DNA of 64,000 bases from NCBI GenBank assembly GCA_963723515.1, contig CAVRQT010000003.1:384001-448000 (forward strand), given 5' to 3'. Made by a program: the position numbers and the translations under genes. Origin of the DNA: Vulcanimicrobiota bacterium (GTDB taxonomy: Bacteria > Vulcanimicrobiota > Vulcanimicrobiia > Vulcanimicrobiales > Vulcanimicrobiaceae). Below the pieces are notes generated by a model. That model made no database searches. It was not told where the DNA came from and saw only the letters and a program-made list of their open reading frames with translations. Below are positions 43,605-53,686 of this stretch, piece after piece. The stretch's first letter is position 1, and each line of letters opens with the position of its first letter.

Positions 43605-44046
43605 GTGTTGGAAACAGGGCCGCGCTTTGCCGCGTTTCAAGAGTGGCATGATACTCGTACGCTTCCTGACTCTGCTGATGCTCGCGGCGGCGCTGGCCGG
43701 CGCCCCGGTTTATGCTGCCTCGCACGGCGTTTCGGCATTGCCGCAGATCGTCGGTGTTGACCGTCAGAATCAACACGACAACCGGGACGAGGAAGACACG
43801 CAATCGCAGGCGCGGGCGAGGGGCGTTATCACCGGCTCGGTCGTCGGCGTCGATTATGCGCACGGCGTTGTCCGTCTCCTCAGCGGGCGGACCATTTTAG
43901 ACATCGTCATTTTGCCGGGCACCGGCATCGTGCGTCCCGGCAATCAATATGGCACGATTGCCGACCTCGTCCGTGGAACGCGCGTTGCCGTCTACGTCAG
44001 CCAAGTCGGTGGCCGGCTGATGGCCGAGCTGATTCGAATAAGGTAA
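43591..44046 (+). CDS. Hypothetical secreted protein
   Basis: Signal-like LTLLMLAAALAG; OB-fold-like ITGSVVGVD...DLVRGTRVAV. Confidence 0.55.
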   Translation: MMANRCWKQGRALPRFKSGMILVRFLTLLMLAAALAGAPVYAASHGVSALPQIVGVDRQNQHDNRDEEDTQSQARARGVITGSVVGVDYAHGVVRLLSGRTILDIVILPGTGIVRPGNQYGTIADLVRGTRVAVYVSQVGGRLMAELIRIR

Positions 44047-45044
44047 TCGCCGTTTCGGTAACGCCTGCGCTTTCGGCGCGGGGGCTTACGAAGCGTTACG
44101 GAGCGCGGCTCGCCCTCGATTGTGTATCGCTCGATGTCTGCGAGCGTGAACGATGCGCCGTTTTGGGCGCTTCCGGTGCCGGCAAGACGACGCTACTTCG
44201 TTTGATCGCCGGACTCGAACGTCCGGATTCCGGTTCCATTACGATTGAAGGGCAAGACGTTACAGCGCTTCCCGCGCAACGCCGATCGGTCAGCCTGCTG
44301 CTCTCGCAAGGCGCGCTCTTTCCTCACTTAAGCGCATTCGAAAATCTGGCGTTTTCGTTGCATGTCAACGGTGAACGCCGTAGCACGCTGCGTTCAAAGG
44401 TACAGACAATTGCGGAGCGGCTTCAAGTTTCGTCTCGGCTGGCGACATCTGCACGTCTGCTATCCGCGGGCGAACAGCAGAGGGTTGCGTTGGGTCGGGC
44501 GCTCCTAAGCGCGCCGAAAGTGCTTCTGTTAGATGAACCGGTGGCGCACCTCGATCCGCCATTGCGCGAGAACGTTCGCAAGTCGATCGTCGAAGCCGGC
44601 GCCGAACGGGAGACCGCCATGGTCTACGTGACGCATGACCACGAAGATGCATTTGCGGTCGCTGACCGGATTGCAGTCCTGATCGATGGTCGAATCGCGC
44701 AAATGGGCACGCCTGAAGCGATTTACGATTTCCCGTCGAGCGTGCAGGTAGCGCGATTCGTCGGGCCGGTGCCGATGAATCTCTTTCGCGGCGAAACCGA
44801 TGTGCTCGGTGTACGCGCGGAGCATATCACGCTCGCGAGCGACACGAACGCCGACCTGTTGGGAGTCGTCACCGGCAGTTCGCTTGTCGGTGCCTCTCGA
44901 CTCGCGCACGTGCACACTGAAAAGGGCGACGCTCGCGTGGTCGCTGTGAACGGAGAGCTTCCGGCATCCGGCGCGCGTGTCGGCTTGAAATTTGCGCCGG
45001 AGCGCGTGAGGCACTTCGATCCGGTGGACGGCTTGGCGAAGTAA
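44046..45044 (+). CDS. ABC transporter ATP-binding protein (MalK/PotA-like)
   Basis: GASGAGKT, LSAGEQQRVAL, LLLDEP, YVTHD. Start uncertain. Confidence 0.9.
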   Translation: MAVSVTPALSARGLTKRYGARLALDCVSLDVCERERCAVLGASGAGKTTLLRLIAGLERPDSGSITIEGQDVTALPAQRRSVSLLLSQGALFPHLSAFENLAFSLHVNGERRSTLRSKVQTIAERLQVSSRLATSARLLSAGEQQRVALGRALLSAPKVLLLDEPVAHLDPPLRENVRKSIVEAGAERETAMVYVTHDHEDAFAVADRIAVLIDGRIAQMGTPEAIYDFPSSVQVARFVGPVPMNLFRGETDVLGVRAEHITLASDTNADLLGVVTGSSLVGASRLAHVHTEKGDARVVAVNGELPASGARVGLKFAPERVRHFDPVDGLAK

Positions 45045-46091
45045 TGGAGCGTCTGCGCGAGCTTTCTTCAAGCGTCATCTGCGCCGGATTCGAGGGCGAC
45101 GTCGCGGATGTTCTCGGTGCGGTTGAAGATTTTCGGCCGGGCGGATTTGTGTTATTCAGCCGAAACGCGGAATCGGTAGACGATGCGCGCGCGGTGACCG
45201 ATGCGTTGCGCGGCGCGTACGATGGCGTGGCACCGATTCTCGCGATCGATCAGGAAGGTGGGCGCGTCGCGCGGCTCCGTGAAGCAAGCGGTTCAGATTC
45301 CATCAGCCCGCGAGATGGGAGCGACTGGACACCCTCGCCTCGCCGAACGCGCCGGCATTCAAATCGGCCACGATCTGCGCCGCGCCGGCCTTAATCTCGA
45401 TTTTGCGCCCGTGCTCGATCTCGCGCTCTTGACGGACAACACCGTCATCGGCGACCGCGCGTTTTCAGGCGACCCGTACATTGTCACGGAATTCGGTCGT
45501 GCATTTGCTAATGGACTGCGAGAAGCCGGAATCGTTCCGACGTTCAAGCACTTCCCCGGGCACGGCAGTACAGCCGTCGATTCGCACACCGCGTTGCCGG
45601 TTGTGGAAACGAATCGCGCAACGCTTCAGCATCGCGATCTCATCCCGTTCGCGACGCTCTTGCCGGCCGCAGAAGCGGTCATGACGGCGCATATTCTTTT
45701 CAAAGCGTTCGATGCGCAGCTCCCGGCAACCATCAATCCAACGTTGCTCAAAGACGTGCTTCGTGAGGAGATGCATTTCGCCGGCGTTTGCTTCACCGAT
45801 TGCATGCAAATGGATGCGATGGCAAAGACGATCGGAAGTGAAGAAGCGAGCGTTCGAGCGCTGGTGGCCGGCGCGGACTGCATTCTGGTCAGCAATGGTC
45901 TGGAGCTCGCGCGCAAAATTGCGGCGGCTATCGAGGACGCCGTTCGCTCGCACCGTCTCGCGCTGGAGCGGTTGGAAGAAGCGCACGCTCGCGTGACGGC
46001 ATTGCGAACCAGGTTGAACGAGCCACTAGGACTGCATGCTCCGCCGCCCGATCCCGGCATCGGCGAAGAAATTGCGCGTGCCGCGGCTTAA
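45044..46091 (+). CDS. nagZ: Beta-N-acetylhexosaminidase (GH3), frameshift ~45290
   Basis: IDQEGGRV, FAPVLD, KHFPGHG...DSH, MTAH, FTDCMQM. Confidence 0.9.
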
Positions 46092-47112
46092 GAACGATTT
46101 CCGTGCAACAAACGGCGTTTTGGTCGATGCGACGGGAGAGATCTTCACGGGCGCGCTCGCACGCGTCGAACATGAAGGGATACTCATGTTCGAGCGCGCT
46201 TACGGCGTCACGCGTGATGATCGGCTTGGGGCGCCTGTCTATCGGGACACGATTTTTGATCTGGCTTCCCTGACCAAGCTCTTTATCGCAACTTGTGCTC
46301 TCGAAGCCGTTTGCGATGAGCGGCTGTCTTTAGATGAATCACTTGCCGCGTGGTTCGCCGAGTGGCGCGGAACAAAACACGAAGCGATCACTCTGCGCAT
46401 GCTGCTCGCGCACATCTCCGGTCTCGACTCCGGCGCCGACTACCGCGAACTGCTTGGCGATAACGTCGTTCATCATGCGCTGCATTGGCCGCTCGTCGCG
46501 GAGCCCGGCGAACGCGTAATCTACTCGGATCTGGGCTTCATCGCACTTGGCGAGCTGCTGCAGCGAACGCATGGGCGAGCGCTGGACGAAGTGGTCGCGC
46601 TCAGCTTCCGAGATGCAATGTATCGGCCTCGCGCAACATCTTGGCAAACGATTCCTGCAACGGAGGACGACGGTTGGCGCGGTCGCGTGCAAGGACAGGT
46701 TCACGATGAAAAGGCGTATCTCATGGGCGGCGTTGCTGGACACGCCGGCCTATTCGGCAGTGCCGCAAGCGTTGCGGCAATGGCGGAGCGCTATCTCGGA
46801 GTGCTGCACGAACGCAACTCCACGTTGCCCGCCTACATCGTTGCCGAAGCCGTGCGCGAACAAGCCGACGATCCGATCTTGCGCCGAGGCTTGGGGTGGG
46901 CGCTCAAGACGAGCGACGACAATTCGTGCGGGCGGTGGTTTTCGCGTTCAAGTTTCGGACATACCGGCTTCGTGGGAACCTGCATATGGGTGGATCCGGA
47001 GCGCGACCTCAACGCAGTATTGTTAACAAATTCCGTGTACTATGGGCGTGCCGACACGCGCGACTTGCGGGCTGCCTTCTACGAGGCGGTCGTTGAGGAT
47101 TTGGCGCGATAA
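46078..47112 (+). CDS. Serine hydrolase, beta-lactamase class C-like
   Basis: FDLASLTK (SxxK), YSD, GHAGLF, GHTGF. Confidence 0.88.
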   Translation: MPRLKNDFRATNGVLVDATGEIFTGALARVEHEGILMFERAYGVTRDDRLGAPVYRDTIFDLASLTKLFIATCALEAVCDERLSLDESLAAWFAEWRGTKHEAITLRMLLAHISGLDSGADYRELLGDNVVHHALHWPLVAEPGERVIYSDLGFIALGELLQRTHGRALDEVVALSFRDAMYRPRATSWQTIPATEDDGWRGRVQGQVHDEKAYLMGGVAGHAGLFGSAASVAAMAERYLGVLHERNSTLPAYIVAEAVREQADDPILRRGLGWALKTSDDNSCGRWFSRSSFGHTGFVGTCIWVDPERDLNAVLLTNSVYYGRADTRDLRAAFYEAVVEDLAR

Positions 47113-48261
47113 ATGATTGCGCTTGGCATGATGAGCGGGACGTCATTGGACGGCATCGACGCTGCGCTGGTAGAGATTGCTTTCTCGGGTACGCGGCACC
47201 AGATACGCTTGCTTGAGTTTCGCGCGGCGCCGTACAATGCGGCGTTACGTAACGACATCGAAGCACTCTTTCCGCCCGCAAGCGTGCAACCGGAAGAGGT
47301 TGCGGATCTCGACCGGCGGATCGGGCTAGCATATGCCGACGCGGCGGCTGCGGTGCCTTCCGATCAACGAATCGATTACGTCGCGATGCATGGACAGACG
47401 GTCTTTCATGACGGCGATCGGGCGATCACCCTGCAAATCGGTTCGCCGTATTTCGTACGGGATCGATTGCAAGCCACGGTCTGTTATGATTTTCGGCGCG
47501 CTGATTGTGCGCTCGGTGGCCACGGCGCTCCCCTCGTGCCCTACGCGGATGCGCTGCTGCTGGGCTCTTCCGTTGAAGATCGCATCGCAATCAATATCGG
47601 CGGCATCGCAAACCTAACGTACATTCCGCAGGACGCCAAATCGAGCCATGTGCTTGCGTTCGATAGTGGACCCGGCAATATGTTGATCGATGCGCTCGTT
47701 TACGAGCGGACGAACGGACGCCATCGCTACGACCTCGACGGCGGGTACGCCGCGCAAGGCAAGATCGATCGCTCGTCGCTCGCTGCGATGCTTGAAGATG
47801 AATACTTCTCTCGTCCGCCCCCGAAATCGACCGGGCGTGAGCGGTTCGGCGCTCCGTTTCTTGCGCAGCATAGGGCGGCGCTTTCCGAGTTGACTCTTGA
47901 GGACGCGGCGGCAACGCTTACGGCGCTCACTGCGGAGGCATTGGCTCGGGACGTCAAAGCGATTGCACCGCTTGGCGCGCGAGTGCTTGTCGGCGGCGGC
48001 GGTGCGCACAATGCGTCGCTGATGACCGCGTTGCAAGAGCGGTTGCCGTCCTACGTCGTTGAGTCGACTGACGCGCTCAATCTGCCGCCCGAAGCGAAGG
48101 AAGCAGTCGCCTTCGCGCTGCTCGGATATGAAACGCTGCGCGGCGTTCCGTCGAATTTACCGCGCGTGACGGGCGCCGCGGAACCAACGGTTCTCGGCAG
48201 CATCGTCCCCTACGAACTCGCGGAACTGCTCCAAAAGGTGCGTGCCGAATCCGCAACGTGA
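47113..48261 (+). CDS. anmK: Anhydro-N-acetylmuramic acid kinase
   Basis: GMMSGTSLDGID, HGQT, GAPLVP, NIGGIAN, DSGPGN, KSTGRE, KEAVAFA. Confidence 0.95.
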   Translation: MIALGMMSGTSLDGIDAALVEIAFSGTRHQIRLLEFRAAPYNAALRNDIEALFPPASVQPEEVADLDRRIGLAYADAAAAVPSDQRIDYVAMHGQTVFHDGDRAITLQIGSPYFVRDRLQATVCYDFRRADCALGGHGAPLVPYADALLLGSSVEDRIAINIGGIANLTYIPQDAKSSHVLAFDSGPGNMLIDALVYERTNGRHRYDLDGGYAAQGKIDRSSLAAMLEDEYFSRPPPKSTGRERFGAPFLAQHRAALSELTLEDAAATLTALTAEALARDVKAIAPLGARVLVGGGGAHNASLMTALQERLPSYVVESTDALNLPPEAKEAVAFALLGYETLRGVPSNLPRVTGAAEPTVLGSIVPYELAELLQKVRAESAT

Positions 48262-48268
48262 GCGGCTG

Positions 48269-49150
48269 ATGAGCGATCTTCCACCGACCGAACACGTCAA
48301 CCAGCGCACGCGCGACATGGATATGCTGCGGACAGCCGATTTGGTCGAGCTGCTCGTTGCGGAGCAGCGTGAAGCGATTGATGCGGTGGCGGCGGAGCGG
48401 GAGCAAATCGCAAAAGTCGTCGAGACGATTGCGGCGCGTTTGCGCAGCGGCGGGCGACTGCACTATGTCGGCGCGGGGACGAGTGGACGCCTCGGGTTTT
48501 TGGACGCGTCGGAGTGTCCGCCGACGTTCGGAACGCGGCCCGAGCTCATCTGCGCACATATCGCCGGCGGAAGCAATGCGATCGTGCGAGCAGTTGAGGG
48601 CGCCGAAGACGATAACGCAGCGGGCACAGCAGAAATGCGTGATCACGCCGTCCGAAACGACGTTGTCATTGGCTTATCGGCGAGCGGCAGCGCACCGTTC
48701 GTCGCCGCTGCACTGGCTGTTTCAAAGGAAAGCGGTGCATGGACGGTCGCCGTGACGCACGATCCAAAAAGTGACGTTGCGCAAGCCGCGGATGCAACCA
48801 TTATCCTGAGAACTGGCCCGGAGCCGCTCGCCGGTTCAACGCGCTTGCGTGCCGGCACTGCGCAAAAAGTTTTACTGAACGCGATCTCAACGGCCACCAT
48901 GATTCGCTTGAACAAGGTCTACGACAATTTGATGGTCGACGTCGTCGCGACAAACAACAAATTGCGCCGCCGCGCATTGCGACTCGTCATGCACTTAGCA
49001 GACGTCGATGAACGACGTGCCGCGGCGTTGCTCGAAAACGCGGGCGGCAAGGTCAAGGTCGCGGCGGTGATGGGGCGCCATAACATGGGAGCACAAGAAG
49101 CGGAAGCGCGGCTTGAAGCAGCCGACGGCTCGTTACGCGCTGCTCTGTGA
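48269..49150 (+). CDS. murQ: N-acetylmuramic acid 6-phosphate etherase
   Basis: GAGTSGRLG.LDASECPPTF, GPE..AGSTRL.AGTAQK, NLMVDV..TN.KL. Confidence 0.95.
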   Translation: MSDLPPTEHVNQRTRDMDMLRTADLVELLVAEQREAIDAVAAEREQIAKVVETIAARLRSGGRLHYVGAGTSGRLGFLDASECPPTFGTRPELICAHIAGGSNAIVRAVEGAEDDNAAGTAEMRDHAVRNDVVIGLSASGSAPFVAAALAVSKESGAWTVAVTHDPKSDVAQAADATIILRTGPEPLAGSTRLRAGTAQKVLLNAISTATMIRLNKVYDNLMVDVVATNNKLRRRALRLVMHLADVDERRAAALLENAGGKVKVAAVMGRHNMGAQEAEARLEAADGSLRAAL

Positions 49151-50712
49151 CGCGGAAGAACGTGGCAATGAAACGGGCAGCGCTCCTTGTCTGTTTGCTC
49201 TTGGGCATGCCGATCGGCGCGTCGGCAGCATCACACGTCGTGCTCGTGCCGATCGACGACCGTCCGGTTACGCTGCAATTGCCGCAAATGCTGGGCGAAA
49301 TTGCCGGAACGCACGTTCTCGTGCCGCCGAGAGAAATACTTGGACGCTTCTTGATGCCCGGCGATCCGGCCGGCATCGCGCAGTGGTTGCAATCATCAAC
49401 GGCGCAAGACGCGGATGCGTTCGTCCTCTCTACGGACATGCTGGCGTACGGCGGTTTGATTGCGTCGCGCGTGCCCGCTACGCCTCAGCATGTCGCGCTC
49501 GAGCGGCTGCGCATCCTTTCAAAGGTTCGCGAGCAGCATCCGCGGGCGTGGATCGGCGCCTTCGGCACGATCATGCGATTGGCGCCGACCGGCGTGCCGG
49601 CGCTCGGTGCGGCAAGGAATTTTTTTGCGGCGTACCCCGCTTGGGACTATCTACAGCAGTACGCTAATCTGCATGATCCGCCGTTTCCGGCAGAAGAAGC
49701 GACGGCCGAACATCTGCGGCAACTGATTGGCCCGACCGTTCTGCAGCAATACTTGAAGGCAAGGGCGCGCAATCGCGCGGTCGATCAATTTGCGTTGCAG
49801 TTGACGGCGCGCGGCGATGTCAACCGCTTTGTCTTGGGGCAGGATGATGCCGGACCGGTCGGCCTGCATATTCAGGATGTCGCGGCGCTGCGCTCCGATG
49901 TGCAAACGCTCGCTATCGCCGACCGTACAAGCATCGAACCGGGCGCCGACGAATTGGCAATGGCGCTCGTCGCCCACGCGCTTGCGTGGCGGATTCAATG
50001 GACGCCGCGCATTGCGGTGCGCTATTCGACGCCCAATGGCGCGGCATTCAACGATCCACTCGAGTTCGTACCGGTCGATCAGACGATCGACAGTTTGATC
50101 TCACTCTGCGGCGGCGTTCGCGATGATCGGAACCCTGAAATTACGCTATACGTGCGCGTACCGGACGGCCTCGACATTGAAGACCCGGCCTTATTGGCAA
50201 CGATGGAAGGCGATTTGGCGGCACATAAATCTATTGCCGTTGCCGACTTAACGTTTCTAGAGCCGACGTTTACGCATCAAGCCGCCTTTGCGCAGGGCCT
50301 GATCATGTCGGGCGTTGCTGGAAAACTTGATGCGTACGCATCGTGGAACACGAGCGCCAATACGGTGGGGACCGCGCTCGCCGAGTCGGTCGCCGTCGGC
50401 GCCGGACGCCGCGCCCACTCCTATAACGCCGTCGCGCACGCGCAATTTATGCTGAACCGCTTTATCGACGACTATGCGTATCACGCATACGTTCGGCCCG
50501 TTCTCAACGCCGAGCTTGACGCGCGCGGCGTCGATCACAGTTATCTCTTAGCGCAAGACGCGATGCCTACCGACCACCTCAATCGCGCGCTGCTTTGGCG
50601 CGAGGCCGTGTTGCTGAAGAATGAAATTTATCCGCAGTATAAGGATCGCGGCTTGACGATAACACTGCCGTGGGACCGCACATTCGAAACGCAAATCGAC
50701 GTGCGCTTATAG
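49147..50712 (+). CDS. DUF4127 family protein, secreted
   Basis: VPIDDRP, SxDMLAYGGLIASR, TIMR, LGQDD, PGADE, YASWNTSANT.G, RFIDDYAY. Confidence 0.8.
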   Translation: MTRKNVAMKRAALLVCLLLGMPIGASAASHVVLVPIDDRPVTLQLPQMLGEIAGTHVLVPPREILGRFLMPGDPAGIAQWLQSSTAQDADAFVLSTDMLAYGGLIASRVPATPQHVALERLRILSKVREQHPRAWIGAFGTIMRLAPTGVPALGAARNFFAAYPAWDYLQQYANLHDPPFPAEEATAEHLRQLIGPTVLQQYLKARARNRAVDQFALQLTARGDVNRFVLGQDDAGPVGLHIQDVAALRSDVQTLAIADRTSIEPGADELAMALVAHALAWRIQWTPRIAVRYSTPNGAAFNDPLEFVPVDQTIDSLISLCGGVRDDRNPEITLYVRVPDGLDIEDPALLATMEGDLAAHKSIAVADLTFLEPTFTHQAAFAQGLIMSGVAGKLDAYASWNTSANTVGTALAESVAVGAGRRAHSYNAVAHAQFMLNRFIDDYAYHAYVRPVLNAELDARGVDHSYLLAQDAMPTDHLNRALLWREAVLLKNEIYPQYKDRGLTITLPWDRTFETQIDVRL

Positions 50713-50734
50713 GTTTGAGGCTGGGTCACGTCTC

Positions 50735-50937
50735 TGTCACGCTGAGCTTGTCGAAGCGCAGCGATAGTCTTGATAGGCGCGACCGTCCCGGTGTCACATT
50801 GAGCTTGTCGAAATGTGACATGAGCTCTTGTCATGCTTCGACACTTCGTCACGCTCAGTGCAGGCTAAGCTCAGCATGACACTGCGACCTTCGAGTAGCG
50901 CCCATTATCGCTGCGCTTCGACAGGCTCAGCGTGACA
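50735..50937. repeat. Nested REP/REPIN-like inverted-repeat cluster
   Basis: Outer 32-bp inverted repeat (50735-50766 / 50906-50937, one mismatch) enclosing further REP variants (e.g. 50792-50820). Confidence 0.85.
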
Positions 50938-50945
50938 GGGCACGT

Positions 50946-51347
50946 TCACTCGGTATTGCGCTGGCAGAGTTCGATCAAAACGCCCGCCGTGCTGGATGGA
51001 TGCAAGAACGCGATGAGGTTGCCGTGCGCGCCTTTGCGCGGCGTTTCGTCGATCAACCTGACGCCGCTGTTTTTGAGCGCCTTAAGCGTTGCCGCCAAGT
51101 CGTCGACTCGGTAGGCCGTGTGGTGCAGTTTGGTCTGCGCGTCACCGCGGTAGCGCGCGACCGGTGAATCATCGGCGAGCGGCCGAACCAGCTCGACGAT
51201 CGATTCGCCCGCCTGCAAGCCGACGACTTCAACACCTTGATCGGCGATCGTTTCCCGATACGCAACTGTGAATCCGAGCGTCTTCGTGTAGAGTTCGAGC
51301 GCCGCGTCTAGATCTTTGACGACGATCGCGACGTGATCGAGCGTCAT
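50946..51347 (-). CDS. mce: Methylmalonyl-CoA epimerase
   Basis: [30 protein letters not shown]...GVLIEL; adjacent to the mutase. Confidence 0.9.
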   Translation of the reverse strand: MTLDHVAIVVKDLDAALELYTKTLGFTVAYRETIADQGVEVVGLQAGESIVELVRPLADDSPVARYRGDAQTKLHHTAYRVDDLAATLKALKNSGVRLIDETPRKGAHGNLIAFLHPSSTAGVLIELCQRNTE

Positions 51348-52930
51348 GCCGGGACTTGACCGGCTGCATAGACGCCAAAGACGTCCCGCAACACGTTGCA
51401 AATTTCGCCGAGCGTCGCACCCGCATCGACCGCTTCGATGAAATGCGGCATTAAATTGTCGCGCCCGGATGCGGCGGTACGTATGGCGGCGAGCCGCTCA
51501 TTGACAGAAGTGGCATCGCGCTCGCGTCGCACACGCTGCACGCGTTCGGTTTGCTCTCGCTCGATCGCCGGATCGACGCGCTGCAACTCGATCTCGACCG
51601 GCGCACCGTCACGCGACGCAAAACGATTTACGCCGACGACGATCGCCTCTTTGTTCTCGATCGCTTCTTGCGCGCGATACGCAGAGTCGGCGACGCGGCC
51701 GGCGATCCAGCCGCTCTCGATCGCGGCGACGCTTCCGCCCAGTGCGTCAACCTCGTCGATCAACTCCTGCGCTCTTGCGATCAACTGATTCGTCAAAGAT
51801 TCCACGTAGTAGGATCCAGCGAGGGGGTCGACGACGTTCGGGACGCCGCTTTCGTACGCGATGATCTGCTGCGTTCGCAGCGCCAACTTCGCCGATTCGG
51901 GCGTTGGGAGCGCAAGCGCCTCATCTTTGCCGTTCGTGTGCAGCGACTGCGTTCCGCCCAAGACCGCCGCGAGCGCCTGCAAGGTTGTGCGCACGATATT
52001 GTTGTCCGGCTCTTGGGCGGTTAATGTCGAGCCACCGGTTTGAGCGTGAAAGCGCATCATGTGCGAGCGCGGATCTTTGCATCCGAACTCGTCGCGGGTG
52101 ATGTGCGCCCAAAGGTAGCGCGCAGCGCGGAACTTTGCAACTTCTTCGAAGAAATCGTTATGCGCGTTCCAAAAGAACGAAACCCGCGGCGCAATCGAAT
52201 CGAGGTCCAGTCCTGACTCCTGCGCTGCACGCAAGTACGATTTGCCGTTTGAAAGCGTGAACGCGATCTCTTCAACCGCCGTCGAGCCAGCTTCGCGAAT
52301 GTGGTAACCGGAAATCGAAATCGTGTTCCAGTTCGGCACTTCACGCGCGCAATACGACATCACGTCGGTCACTAAGCGCATCGACGGTTCAGGCGGATAA
52401 ATGTAGGTGCCGCGGGCGATGTACTCTTTGAGCACATCGTTCTGCACCGTTCCGCCCAATTTGTCGAATGCGACACTGCGACGGCGCGAGAGAGCAAGAT
52501 ACATTGCGAGGATGATCGCCGCCGGCGAGTTGATCGTCATCGAAACCGTGACGCGATCCAGAGGAATGTCGCGGAAGAGGAGATCCATGTCGTCGATCGT
52601 GTCGATTGCGACGCCCACTTTACCGACTTCGCCATGCGCCTGCGCCGCATCAGAGTCGTACCCGAGTTGCGTCGGTAGATCGAACGCGACGGAAAGTCCC
52701 GTCGTGCCGTGCGACAAAAGATATCGGTAGCGCGCGTTGCTTTCGCCTGCGCTCCCAAAGCCGGCGTACTGGCGCATCGTCCAGTGGCGCGCGCGATACA
52801 TCTCTTTACGGATCCCGCGCAGGAATGGAAACTCACCGGGCTCGCCGGCTTCATGCAGCGGACCCTCAACGCGATCGTATACCGGCAAAATCGGGATGCC
52901 GCTTGCATTTCGCGATTGCGCGCGTGTCAT
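51344..52930 (-). CDS. Methylmalonyl-CoA mutase, N-terminal (catalytic) subunit
   Basis: [54 protein letters not shown]. No B12-binding domain. Confidence 0.93.
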   Translation of the reverse strand: MTRAQSRNASGIPILPVYDRVEGPLHEAGEPGEFPFLRGIRKEMYRARHWTMRQYAGFGSAGESNARYRYLLSHGTTGLSVAFDLPTQLGYDSDAAQAHGEVGKVGVAIDTIDDMDLLFRDIPLDRVTVSMTINSPAAIILAMYLALSRRRSVAFDKLGGTVQNDVLKEYIARGTYIYPPEPSMRLVTDVMSYCAREVPNWNTISISGYHIREAGSTAVEEIAFTLSNGKSYLRAAQESGLDLDSIAPRVSFFWNAHNDFFEEVAKFRAARYLWAHITRDEFGCKDPRSHMMRFHAQTGGSTLTAQEPDNNIVRTTLQALAAVLGGTQSLHTNGKDEALALPTPESAKLALRTQQIIAYESGVPNVVDPLAGSYYVESLTNQLIARAQELIDEVDALGGSVAAIESGWIAGRVADSAYRAQEAIENKEAIVVGVNRFASRDGAPVEIELQRVDPAIEREQTERVQRVRRERDATSVNERLAAIRTAASGRDNLMPHFIEAVDAGATLGEICNVLRDVFGVYAAGQVPA

Positions 52931-52990
52931 GCGTTTAACTGCCGGAGGCGCACCGAGGTATCCTTGCGTGGTGATACCAAATGGGCCGGC

Positions 52991-53686
52991 ATGGCCGGAC
53001 GTTTGATCTTGCATTCGCGCTTGCCGACGATCGTCGGGCTGATCGTCGCTCTCGCGTGGCCGCTGCTCTTCGTCCTAATGCCGGGTCAGCTGCATCAAGA
53101 CGTGACGAATGCGCGGCAAGACGAACAGATTCTTCTCTTAGAGTGGTGCATAACCGCGATCGTAGCCCTCATCGTCATTTACTGGGAGCGTTTGCCGTTC
53201 TTCGCGTCGGTCGGTCTTCGCAAACCTAACCGGCGCGACGTTCTCACAATTGTCATAGCGGTGGCGGCAATTATCGCCGTCGTCGCCATCATCGGCTTCG
53301 CCCTTCATGGCCGAACGACGTTCTCAGCCGGCGACCTCTCGAAGGTCAAGAATCTGCCGCTCGGGCTGCGTATCGCGCTGGTGTTCACCGCCGGCATTTG
53401 CGAAGAGATTCTGTTCCGGGGTTATGCAATCGAACGTTTCACGGCGCTCACCGGAAAAGTCTGGCTGGGCGGCTTGGCGGCGATCGTTCTCTTCACGCTG
53501 GGGCATGTTGCCCGTTATGGTGTGAGCCTGGGGCTTCTCGGAGTCGCGATCATTGCGTTCTTTCTGACCTTGATTTACGTCCGGAGGCGCAGCCTCTGGC
53601 CGTGCATCGTGGCGCATTGGGTCATCGACGGCTTGCCGTTGCTTGTTGCGCCGCAATTCATCGGCGGACGGCCTACGATAATGTAA
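52991..53686 (+). CDS. CPBP (CAAX protease-like) intramembrane protease
   Basis: [19 protein letters not shown]. Confidence 0.88.
   Translation: MAGRLILHSRLPTIVGLIVALAWPLLFVLMPGQLHQDVTNARQDEQILLLEWCITAIVALIVIYWERLPFFASVGLRKPNRRDVLTIVIAVAAIIAVVAIIGFALHGRTTFSAGDLSKVKNLPLGLRIALVFTAGICEEILFRGYAIERFTALTGKVWLGGLAAIVLFTLGHVARYGVSLGLLGVAIIAFFLTLIYVRRRSLWPCIVAHWVIDGLPLLVAPQFIGGRPTIM

Noticed and set aside
46078..47112. Beta-lactamase resistance gene
   Set aside because: Operon context points to peptidoglycan recycling; the fold alone is not evidence of resistance.
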